A stretch of DNA of 64,000 nucleotides, from contig JAQUVW010000003.1 of assembly GCA_028693235.1 (NCBI GenBank), positions 182,069 to 246,068 of the forward strand. Direction: 5' to 3'. This DNA is from Candidatus Gastranaerophilales bacterium. Lineage in GTDB: Bacteria; Cyanobacteriota; Vampirovibrionia; Gastranaerophilales; Gastranaerophilaceae. The notes under the pieces were generated by a model. The model was not told the DNA's origin and did not search any database. It saw only the letters and a list, made by a program, of their open reading frames with translations. Positions 46,740-54,431 of this stretch are shown piece after piece. The translations under genes were made by a program, and so were the position numbers. Every line of letters begins with the position of its first letter. The first letter of the stretch is position 1.

Positions 46740-47756
46740 ATGGTTAATGTAAAAAAGACAAAAAAGAAAACAAGAAATGCCTCAGCTTCGATTTTTGGTT
46801 GGGATTTTCAAACAAATGCTGCAATTTTACTAATGCTTGAAAATATAAAACGTGCAGATAGTGTAAAAGTAGAGAGCCAAACTGAAGATATAGAAATAAA
46901 ATTAACAGACGGAAACATTATATATTCCCAAGCAAAATCAATACTAAATGCAGATGATACTGCAAATTTATCAAAAAAGTTAAAAGATGCAATAAAAACT
47001 TTAAATGATGCGAGCAAAAATGATAACGTTGAAAAATTAATATATATAACTAACCATTCTAATCCGTTAAGTGATCAATCTACAGTTGGCTATTTTAGTA
47101 CAACATCCCAAATTCCTTATATAGATTTACCGAAAAAATGCAGAAACAAAATTGATAAAATTATTAAAGATGGTAAATATGATATAGATACAAATAAAAT
47201 ATATATTGCAGTTTTACCTTTTATCGGGAGTGAAGAAAATAATCGGTACAAAGAAATAAAAAGGGCCGTTTTTGAATTTATAGGTCAACTTAATATGATA
47301 ACTAATATAGATAGTAAGAAAATATTAGATACATGGCAAAAAGAATATTTTTTTAATTCTACTGTTCCTGATGACACAATTACAATAACAAAGAAAAAGA
47401 TGATGTGGACATTGATTGTTCAAATGTGCGAAATGGATATAGGGGATGAAATTCTTGAAGATTGCGATTCTGCTCAAATACAAGAAATAAAAAACAATTA
47501 CAATAGCATTATCAACATAATGTCTGATGACTTCTCATTGGTTTCCAAAGTTCTTGGAAAGTATTCTGATTATAAAATTAAAGGAGAAGGGAATTTACAG
47601 TCTTTTATTAGGACAAAATACAAAGATTTTGAAAATGAATTTATAGATAATTATTTATCTACGGAAGATAGAAAATGTTTAATTCAAATCATATTAAAAA
47701 AAATTATTTTAAAAAGATTTCATATAGAAAAAATAAAGGAGGCTGCTAATTTATGA
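46740..47756 (+). CDS. Cap4/DUF4297-like PD-(D/E)xK nuclease (LmuA-like effector)
   Basis: N-terminal FGWDFQTNAAILLMLENIK...VKVESQTEDIEIKLTDGNIIYSQAKS matches the G(F/W)xFQ...E..D(I/V)...Q(A/V)K pattern of DUF4297. Confidence 0.6.
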   Translation: MVNVKKTKKKTRNASASIFGWDFQTNAAILLMLENIKRADSVKVESQTEDIEIKLTDGNIIYSQAKSILNADDTANLSKKLKDAIKTLNDASKNDNVEKLIYITNHSNPLSDQSTVGYFSTTSQIPYIDLPKKCRNKIDKIIKDGKYDIDTNKIYIAVLPFIGSEENNRYKEIKRAVFEFIGQLNMITNIDSKKILDTWQKEYFFNSTVPDDTITITKKKMMWTLIVQMCEMDIGDEILEDCDSAQIQEIKNNYNSIINIMSDDFSLVSKVLGKYSDYKIKGEGNLQSFIRTKYKDFENEFIDNYLSTEDRKCLIQIILKKIILKRFHIEKIKEAANL

Positions 47757-49216
47757 ATATAGAGTCTCTTAAAATCCAAAAAGGATTATTTCATTGGTTT
47801 TTTAATTTTAATTCTATTGTTACACTGATAAATAGTGAAAATAATAGTACGGGCAAAACGACTCTTTTACGGTTTTTACTTTATGCAATGGGTTTTTCTA
47901 TACCGAGTACAAAAGGTTTAAAAATGGAAGAATATACTTGTTATTTGAAGGTAACAAGCGATTCAAATGAGCATTTTGATATTACAAGAACACAAAATTA
48001 TTGTTCTTTAAAAATGATTGATAATAAAATTGAATATTATTCGTTGCCGGCAGATAAAGATATTTTATTATCAAAAATTTTTGGTATAGAAAATTTAAAT
48101 ATAATTAATAATATACTCGGAATAATGTATGTTGACCAAGAAAAAGGTTGGACTTTACTTAATAGGGGCGTTGTTATTGGTAGTAATCATTTTAACATTC
48201 ATAATTTTGTACAAGGTCTTGGTAATATAGATTGCAGTGAACTTTATAATAATTTAAATTATTTAACTTATCAGTTAAATAAATATAAGAGTATGTTTGA
48301 TGTTGCAAATTATCAACTACAAATCCAAGACATAACCCAAAGTAAAAAATACGACTCCTTAGATGATGAAATTAATAAAAAAATCGTAACACTTCAAATA
48401 CAAAAAAAGCCACTCGTTTTGGAATTAGAAGAATTAAAAAAGGTTTTAAACAAAAATAAAAATTTCAAAAATTATATTTCAAAGATGCAATTATCTGTTC
48501 AAAATAAAGATGGTATTAAAATCCCAGTTAATGCTAAAACAATTATTGGTTATACCGACAATAATGAATATATTTCAACAAAAGTTAATATATTAAAAAC
48601 TCAAATCGTAAAAATTGATAATAAAATAAAATTCTTAATTAATGAAAAAAAACAAGTAATGCCGTTAATGTCTGTAAAAACTCTAATCGAGCAATTTGAT
48701 AATGATATTTCAAAAATCAATATAAATTATAATGCTGTAAAAAATATGATAAATAAAATTAATATAGAGAAAAGAAATATAGAAACAGAAATAGACATTA
48801 AAACTAAATCCGAAACTGAAATAGTTAATATGCTAAACAATATTATAAGAAAATATACGGAAGAATTAGGCGTAAACTCTTCATACCTTAGTCCGAGAAA
48901 GGACTATATTTTTACATCTGATTTGAAAAGTTTAAGTGGTGCAGTTTTTCATAAAATAGTGTTTGCTTTTAAATTAGCTTATGTATTTTGCTTAGAACAA
49001 TATGCACATATAAATATTCCTATAATTTTAGATTCTCCTCGAGGAAAAGAAATAGATGATTGCAACATTGAAGAAATGATTAAGATTTTAAAACGTGATT
49101 TTAGCAATCATCAAATTATTATTGCTTCTATTTATAAATACAATTTTAGTAAAATTAATTTTATTAACCTGAATAATGGTTTATTAGAACTAAATAGTCA
49201 ATATTTTATGAAATAG
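47753..49216 (+). CDS. SMC/ABC-type ATPase with central coiled coil (LmuB/DUF3732-like, short)
   Basis: N-terminal Walker A NNSTGKTTLLRFLLYAMGF, long K/N/I-rich coiled-coil middle, C-terminal signature-like SLSGA and Walker B IPIILDSP; ATGA overlap with the nuclease gene. Confidence 0.6.
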   Translation: MNIESLKIQKGLFHWFFNFNSIVTLINSENNSTGKTTLLRFLLYAMGFSIPSTKGLKMEEYTCYLKVTSDSNEHFDITRTQNYCSLKMIDNKIEYYSLPADKDILLSKIFGIENLNIINNILGIMYVDQEKGWTLLNRGVVIGSNHFNIHNFVQGLGNIDCSELYNNLNYLTYQLNKYKSMFDVANYQLQIQDITQSKKYDSLDDEINKKIVTLQIQKKPLVLELEELKKVLNKNKNFKNYISKMQLSVQNKDGIKIPVNAKTIIGYTDNNEYISTKVNILKTQIVKIDNKIKFLINEKKQVMPLMSVKTLIEQFDNDISKININYNAVKNMINKINIEKRNIETEIDIKTKSETEIVNMLNNIIRKYTEELGVNSSYLSPRKDYIFTSDLKSLSGAVFHKIVFAFKLAYVFCLEQYAHINIPIILDSPRGKEIDDCNIEEMIKILKRDFSNHQIIIASIYKYNFSKINFINLNNGLLELNSQYFMK

Positions 49217-49228
49217 AGTTTAAAACAA

Positions 49229-49264
49229 CATATATCTTCATCTCAAAGTTAATTTTATATCAAT
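49229..49264. repeat. Right-end repeat copy R1 (catatatcttcatctcaaagttaattttatatcaat)
   Basis: ~27/35 identical to 49377-49410; its reverse complement contains ACTTTGAGAT, resembling the left-end TTGAGAT motifs. Confidence 0.6.
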
Positions 49265-49283
49265 AAGACTGATTAATTAAATT

Positions 49284-49310
49284 AAGATTTAGCGTCCAAA
49301 AAGTTCCGAA
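49284..49310 (+). repeat. Copy of the left-end repeat at the right side (aagatttagcgtccaaaaagttccgaa), same orientation as 33955-33987
   Basis: Direct comparison: agatttagcgtc(c)aaaaa(a)(t)gt(t)ccgaa. Confidence 0.65.
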
Positions 49311-49376
49311 TATAAAATACCGGCTATCTTACAAATGAAAATTTGAATAATTTACGCCTGTTATTATTTTAAGCTA

Positions 49377-49410
49377 CATATCTCTATCTCAAAGTCAATC
49401 TAATATCATT
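49377..49410. repeat. Right-end repeat copy R2 (catatctctatctcaaagtcaatctaatatcatt)
   Basis: Second copy, ~148 bp after R1; followed by ...tattACA at 49425-49427. Confidence 0.6.
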
Positions 49411-49508
49411 ACAACTTGTTTATTACAGTAGCCAATCTATGTGAACAAATATGGTTGCAGCATTCCAGTTTTTTCATTACACAACTCTTTTATTAATTCT
49501 AAATCTTT

Positions 49509-50516
49509 TTACATATTTTTGATTTTGCTTATCTCTAGAGATAATTTTTTATTTTTTCCAATAGGCAATTTAAAGTTTACGATTTTTTTGATTTTTATCT
49601 TTGATGATTCAGGCTTTTGTTTTTGTAGCCAATCATTTAAAAATGGTGTTTTTACTAAAACCTTAAAGAATTCATCTGCACGAGTGCAATCGGGATTTTT
49701 CCATGGTTTTATTTGTGTCGCATAATGCAGTTAAATTGGATGTTGCATAGCGTCTTTAATATCTTGTGCTGTATGAATTAGGTCATTTTCAAAATCTTCA
49801 TCCGTTTTATATAAATCATAAACATAAGTGCAAACAACACTGTTAAGCGGCATTAATTTTATTTTAGGATAACAACATAAGTTAATAACATCTTGCTCCG
49901 GCTGCATAATTCTATATGCGTTTTTTGTGGCACAATCTATAAAATTTTCCCCCATATTATCTCTACGCATTTTACTTAAATTAAAAATATAATATCCCGC
50001 ACTAACCAAAATTTGGCTTTGTTCTTCTTCTGAAAAATTTTTTTCATAATTGCTCTTTACACATTGATAAACCCAGCTATTTTTTTTAAGTGCTCCTTTG
50101 CACCCTGCAAAATAAAAATCCTCATTTACATCAAAATCAATATAGGTTTTTGAAATATCGCCAAGCCAAACAACATCGACATCTGTGATAATAATTTTTT
50201 CATATTGCGGAAAAATACTTGCTGGTAAAAATTTGTAAAACATTTCTTTTGAATAATGTCCTTTAATGTTTAAGTTTTTCCACAAGTTATCAAATTTGTT
50301 TTCCATATTAATAAATTCTAATGTTGCGTTTAAAAAAGGGGCGATTGTTTCTTGTAATTTTTTTTGATTTTCTTGTGTAATATCTGTATGCAAAACATAT
50401 AATTTATAATTATAATTTTTATCAGCATTATCAAGCATTGAATAAAAAGACACACTGGCAGGCAGTGCATAATTGTCATCAAAACAGTGCATTACTGGAA
50501 TTATTTTATTGTTCAT
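49509..50516 (-). pseudogene. Family 8 glycosyltransferase (LPS glycosyltransferase-like) interrupted by one in-frame TAA (49731-49733)
   Basis: N-part: IPVMHCFDDNYALPASVSFYS, DxD in IIITDVDVV; after the stop the same frame continues LHYATQIKPWKNPDC...FFKVLVKTPF for 73 codons, which is the conserved GT8 HY..x.KPW region. Confidence 0.7.
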
Positions 50517-50806
50517 TTCGTTTTTTCCTCCAATTATTTGTATAGGTGGATATTTGATTGTAGAGCTTTATTTCATCATCTTTTTTAAACCAATAAATTA
50601 AAATATGATTAGTTAAGTATAATCTAAATAGCATCTTACATCTTTTACTATGTTCTCGGCAAGTTTTTGATAGCGTTCATAAACTGTCGGGAATTCTAAG
50701 AAACCTCTAAAAATAGTCTTGACAAAGAGCACACTATAGTAGTGATAAATTTCCGAGCTCCCCAGATAAAACTTTGTTTAACGGATAGGTTCAATTTGAT
50801 TTATAT

Positions 50807-50832
50807 AGAAAAAAGAGCCCGAAAGCTCTTTC
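50807..50832 (-). terminator. Terminator downstream of tRNA-Pro
   Basis: Stem aagagc/gctctt with a T-run on the minus strand. Confidence 0.6.
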
Positions 50833-50836
50833 TTAA

Positions 50837-50913
50837 TGGTCGGGATGACACGATTTGAACGTGCGACCCCCTCGTCCCAAACGAGGTGCGCTACCAAGCT
50901 GCGCCACATCCCG
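50837..50913 (-). tRNA. tRNA-Pro (anticodon TGG), CCA encoded
   Basis: Reverse complement folds as acceptor cgggatg/catcccg, anticodon arm cctcg-ttTGGga-cgagg, T-arm gcacg-ttcaaat-cgtgt, then ACCA. Confidence 0.92.
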
Positions 50914-51061
50914 TAACAGTTATACTCATTTTAGCAATAACATATAATTGCGTCAAGCACATTTTTAGATTTATATTCTATGGTAAGCTTTTATTATTAT
51001 CAATAATTTGGTATAATCACAAACGTATGATTAAAAAGAGAGAGCTCAAGAGGTTTTTATT

Positions 51062-51742
51062 TTGACAAACGAATTACGATACATCGGACACAGTGCATTT
51101 TACATAAAAACAGAAAATAGCGGCATATTAATTGACCCCTTCATCTCCCAAAATCCATACGCAAAATTCGATTTAAACCACAACAAAATTACACATATTA
51201 TACTAACCCATGGGCATGGTGACCATTTGGGCGATGCCATCCCAATTGCAAAAAAAACAGGTGCGACAATAATTGCAATTTTCGAACTCGCAAATTATTG
51301 TGCCCAACGTGGGGCAAAAGCAATGCCTGTCGGAATGGGAGCTGAATTAAGTTTTGAATGGGGAAAAATGATTTTCGTACCGGCTTTTCATTCAAGCTCA
51401 ACTCCAGACGGTCAATACGCAGGAATGCCGACAGGTGTAATTTTTGAAATTGATGGTGTAAAAATCTATCACGCTGGCGATACAGCTTTAAATACAGAAA
51501 TGAAACTTATAGGCGAACTATATGAACCATATTATTCATTACTCCCTATTGGCGGACTTTTCACTATGGGGATAAACGAAGCCGCTATGGCTGCAAGAAT
51601 GCTAAGAACAAAGGAAGTTATCCCTATGCACTACAACACCTTTGAGGCAATAAAAGCAAATCCGACAGAACTTGAGGTTTTACTTGAAAGACAAGGACAA
51701 AAAGCTACAATTTTAAAACCAAACGAGGCTGTTGAATTATAA
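51062..51742 (+). CDS. Metallo-beta-lactamase-fold hydrolase (UPF0173-like)
   Basis: LRYIGHSAFYIKT...LTHGHGDHLGD...YHAGDT motifs; TTG start with agagg RBS. Confidence 0.75.
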   Translation: MTNELRYIGHSAFYIKTENSGILIDPFISQNPYAKFDLNHNKITHIILTHGHGDHLGDAIPIAKKTGATIIAIFELANYCAQRGAKAMPVGMGAELSFEWGKMIFVPAFHSSSTPDGQYAGMPTGVIFEIDGVKIYHAGDTALNTEMKLIGELYEPYYSLLPIGGLFTMGINEAAMAARMLRTKEVIPMHYNTFEAIKANPTELEVLLERQGQKATILKPNEAVEL

Positions 51743-52740
51743 TGCCATACAAAAAATATAAAAATAAATTATCATTATTTATTGTACCAACCGGAATTGG
51801 GGCAAGTATAGGAGGATATGCAGGTGATGCCAGTCCATACGCCCAAAAAATCGCTAAAACATTCCCGCTAATTGTAAACCCCAATGTTGTAAACGCTGCC
51901 TGTTTTTCAGGAATACGTGAAAACATGTTTTATGTAGAAGGTTGGTCAATTGGTCAGTTTATGAAAGGTAATTTATCACTAAAACCATCTACTAACAACT
52001 CAATTGGCATAATCTTTGATAAAGCAATTTCAAATGGAATTTTAAACATCCATTTAAACACCATTGGTGCCGTAAAAACCGTTTATTCCTGCAATATAAT
52101 GGGGTACGAAATCACAGAAGAAGAATGCGGAATTGAATATTTCATGACGCCGGCCGGAGTTTCATCGGGGAGAGTGCAAAACAATGAAACAATGCTCAAG
52201 GCTGCAAAAAAATTAATTGAGAGAGGAGCTCAAACGATTGCAGTGGTTTGCAAGTTCGAAGAACCACCTGAAGACAATTACAAATTCGGCAATTCTCCTG
52301 ATATAGTAGGAGGAATTGAGGCGATAATATCACATTATCTGACAAAAGAATTGATGATACCCGTAGTACACGCACCTGCATTTGAAGAAATTGATATAAC
52401 GACTGATCTTGTAGACGCAAGAGCTTCAGCTGAATACATAACTCCTACTTTTTTGCCGTGCTTATTGCTTGGACTCCAAAATGCACCTCTTATTTTCAAT
52501 GGTTACAATGATTCTTTATTAAATTGCAATGATATCCGCTCAATTATAGTTCCTCACACGGCTATTGGCTCATCAGTTGTCCTCGACGCTATTGCTAAAA
52601 ACATTCCGATACTTGCTGTCAAAGAAAATTCTACCGTACTTGATATAAACGATTGTGCTTTAGACCTTCAAAATGCTATAATAGGAGTTGATAGATATAA
52701 AGATTGCTATAATTTTTTAAGAGAGGTTATTCCGACATGA
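51742..52740 (+). CDS. Conserved hypothetical protein (recalls the cyanobacterial/plastid DUF3326 family)
   Basis: N-terminal VPTGIGASIGGYAGDA glycine-rich motif; 1-nt overlap with the upstream gene and ATGA overlap with the downstream gene; family label is from memory only. Confidence 0.4.
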   Translation: MPYKKYKNKLSLFIVPTGIGASIGGYAGDASPYAQKIAKTFPLIVNPNVVNAACFSGIRENMFYVEGWSIGQFMKGNLSLKPSTNNSIGIIFDKAISNGILNIHLNTIGAVKTVYSCNIMGYEITEEECGIEYFMTPAGVSSGRVQNNETMLKAAKKLIERGAQTIAVVCKFEEPPEDNYKFGNSPDIVGGIEAIISHYLTKELMIPVVHAPAFEEIDITTDLVDARASAEYITPTFLPCLLLGLQNAPLIFNGYNDSLLNCNDIRSIIVPHTAIGSSVVLDAIAKNIPILAVKENSTVLDINDCALDLQNAIIGVDRYKDCYNFLREVIPT

Positions 52741-53534
52741 TGAACAATAAAAAAGCCGTTTCTTTAAGCGAACTTCTTATAATGATTTCAATTCTAATTA
52801 TAGTTTCAACCATTGTTGTTATTTGGGTAAACCCATTCGTTCCTGACTATCAAGCAAACTATTATCAAACCTTTGGCAACTTAAAAAAAGTTGTTTCAGA
52901 AATGATTTCATTATCACCTGATAAAAAAATGAAAAAATCCGATAAAGAACTTTGCTCCAATATTTTAAATGCAATTGACACAGAAGGCTCAGCTGACACG
53001 TGTGAAGCATTGTACCCTGCAAATATTAAAGAACCGTTCCTATCACTTAATGCTGAAAATATTGTTGACCCTACATTTACTCTTGCTAACGGACAACGCT
53101 ACTATTTGTCCCCGATTGTCGAAACAGAGGATTATTATTATAGAATTTTGGCGATAGATTTGAATGGAGCTAAGGCACCAAATAAACCGGATATCGATAT
53201 TGTTTCTTTCGTTATTTTTGAAAACGGAGAAATTCTACCACTTGGCGACGCTGCGGAAAATCAAGATTACATAAAAGTAAAAGTAAAAGTTTTTAACATT
53301 AAAAACGATAAAAATCCTGTTTATGTACTTAAAGATACAAATAAAAAAACAGCTCTAACTTATAGACAAGGATATTGTGCGGCTGATACACCTTCAATAT
53401 ACGGCGATTATTGTAAATCTAATGTGTCTTATAAGATAAAAAGAGACATAAATAATGATTGTTTACGAACAAACAATACTAAAACATTTTGTCAGGTAAA
53501 TTATGTCAAACCGTTGTATAACTTACGAAAATAG
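52737..53534 (+). CDS. Pilin/pseudopilin-like protein with degenerate N-terminal methylation motif
   Basis: N-term KKAVSLSELLIMISILIIVSTIVV (Glu at +5 retained); shares AIDLNGAKAPNKPD and C-terminal T(K/T)TFC(Q/R)V motifs with the next gene. Confidence 0.55.
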   Translation: MMNNKKAVSLSELLIMISILIIVSTIVVIWVNPFVPDYQANYYQTFGNLKKVVSEMISLSPDKKMKKSDKELCSNILNAIDTEGSADTCEALYPANIKEPFLSLNAENIVDPTFTLANGQRYYLSPIVETEDYYYRILAIDLNGAKAPNKPDIDIVSFVIFENGEILPLGDAAENQDYIKVKVKVFNIKNDKNPVYVLKDTNKKTALTYRQGYCAADTPSIYGDYCKSNVSYKIKRDINNDCLRTNNTKTFCQVNYVKPLYNLRK

Positions 53535-53548
53535 GGTACTATATTAAT

Positions 53549-54418
53549 ATGCAGATTTGTAAGTTTTTAAAGAATAAATGTGCTTTTACTTTGGCTGAAG
53601 TTTTAGTAATGCTTCTACTAGTTGGCGTATTAGTTTCTTTAGGGACTCAAGTCGTTGTACAAAGGCAAAATAACTATAAACACCTATATATAGCTGCTTA
53701 CAAAAACCTTAAAGACATTGCAGGCGAAATGGTTGCAACAAGTCCAACAAAAAAGATTTCTTATGGGTACACAGAAACAGGAACAACTGTAAATTTTTGC
53801 CAAAAAATGGCAGATATATTCAGTACAGAAGCAGGTACAACACCTTGTTCAAATACTTATAACAATGTGACCAGTCTTACTACACCTGATAAGCCCTCAA
53901 TCGTTTTAATTAACGGCATGAGATTATATATACCTACTGCGTTCGTTACACCGGGTACAACTAATTATTTTAATGAGCAAGTTGCTTATATTGCAGTTGA
54001 TTTAAACGGTGAAAAAGGACCAAACCAGATTGATTCCCAATCTTACACAGGAAAAAGGACTCCCGATATCGTCTTTTTTGCAATAACAGATGGCGGAGTT
54101 GTAATGCCGATGTCCCCCTTAGCTGATGACCCCAACCACTTCTTAGCCAATGTCCAATTATGCACATACGAAAACGGATGTAGCACGGATTTAACTAAAG
54201 ATTTAAAATATACTTATCTCCCAATAAGAGAAGCAATAAGTAGAGCTGCCGAGTTTCCATCTCCTATAAGTGGTACAAAGGCTTACAATAACGATACGTC
54301 AACCTTCTTTAAAAAAAGTTATACAGTTGATACAGACTGTGAAAAAACAAACACCACAACATTTTGTAGAGTTTTACCAATATTACCGTTCTTTAGCGAA
54401 CTGGATTTGGCTATATAA
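53549..54418 (+). CDS. Type IV pilin/pseudopilin-like protein (prepilin-type N-terminal cleavage/methylation domain)
   Basis: KCAFTLAEVLVMLLLVGVLVSL; paralogue of the preceding gene (AVDLNGEKGPNQID, TTTFCRV). Confidence 0.65.
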   Translation: MQICKFLKNKCAFTLAEVLVMLLLVGVLVSLGTQVVVQRQNNYKHLYIAAYKNLKDIAGEMVATSPTKKISYGYTETGTTVNFCQKMADIFSTEAGTTPCSNTYNNVTSLTTPDKPSIVLINGMRLYIPTAFVTPGTTNYFNEQVAYIAVDLNGEKGPNQIDSQSYTGKRTPDIVFFAITDGGVVMPMSPLADDPNHFLANVQLCTYENGCSTDLTKDLKYTYLPIREAISRAAEFPSPISGTKAYNNDTSTFFKKSYTVDTDCEKTNTTTFCRVLPILPFFSELDLAI

Positions 54419-54431
54419 AACATAAAAACTT

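Larger units (their letters stand above)
33871..49427. mobile_element. ~15.5 kb tRNA-Gln-adjacent accessory island: Mu/Tn7-type transposition module plus defence cargo (boundaries approximate)
   Basis: DDE transposase + AAA+ ATPase next to the tRNA; TG..-type left terminus at 33871; repeated TTGAGAT-containing motifs near both ends; cargo of R-M, HEPN-like, Fic/Doc and Cap4-like/SMC-like genes; housekeeping genes resume on both sides. Confidence 0.65.

Noticed and set aside
33871-49427. CRISPR-associated transposon (type V-K-like), because of the tRNA-adjacent position, tnsB/tnsC-like genes and a MerR regulator
   Set aside because: I found no cas12k-sized gene, no CRISPR repeat array and no tracrRNA-like repeat/anti-repeat anywhere in the island. 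Every large ORF is accounted for by R-M or other families.
33871-49427. Mu-like prophage or phage satellite
   Set aside because: There are no capsid, portal, large-terminase, tail or lysis genes. Only a small terminase-like HTH protein is present, which is not enough.
49441-49725. 94-aa plus-strand ORF
   Set aside because: It is antisense to the conserved 3' part of the GT8 gene (LHYATQIKPW... frame) and has a low-complexity Phe/Ile-rich translation.
36743-49733. Reassignment of TAA to a sense codon, suggested by two conserved genes with in-frame TAA
   Set aside because: TAA cleanly terminates many well-conserved genes in the window at their expected ends (e.g. cysS, hisB and the left-edge gene). 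Nonsense mutations or sequencing errors are more parsimonious. It is still listed as a check.
50517-50836. Possible gene remnant or promoter (TTGACA at about 50720) in the 320-nt gap between GT8 and tRNA-Pro
   Set aside because: There are only short open stretches without starts, the -10 spacing is ambiguous, and there is no plus-strand target gene. I cannot support a call.
33763-50913. tRNA-Gln lacks an encoded CCA while tRNA-Pro encodes it
   Set aside because: Mixed CCA encoding is common within single genomes, so this is not informative on its own.
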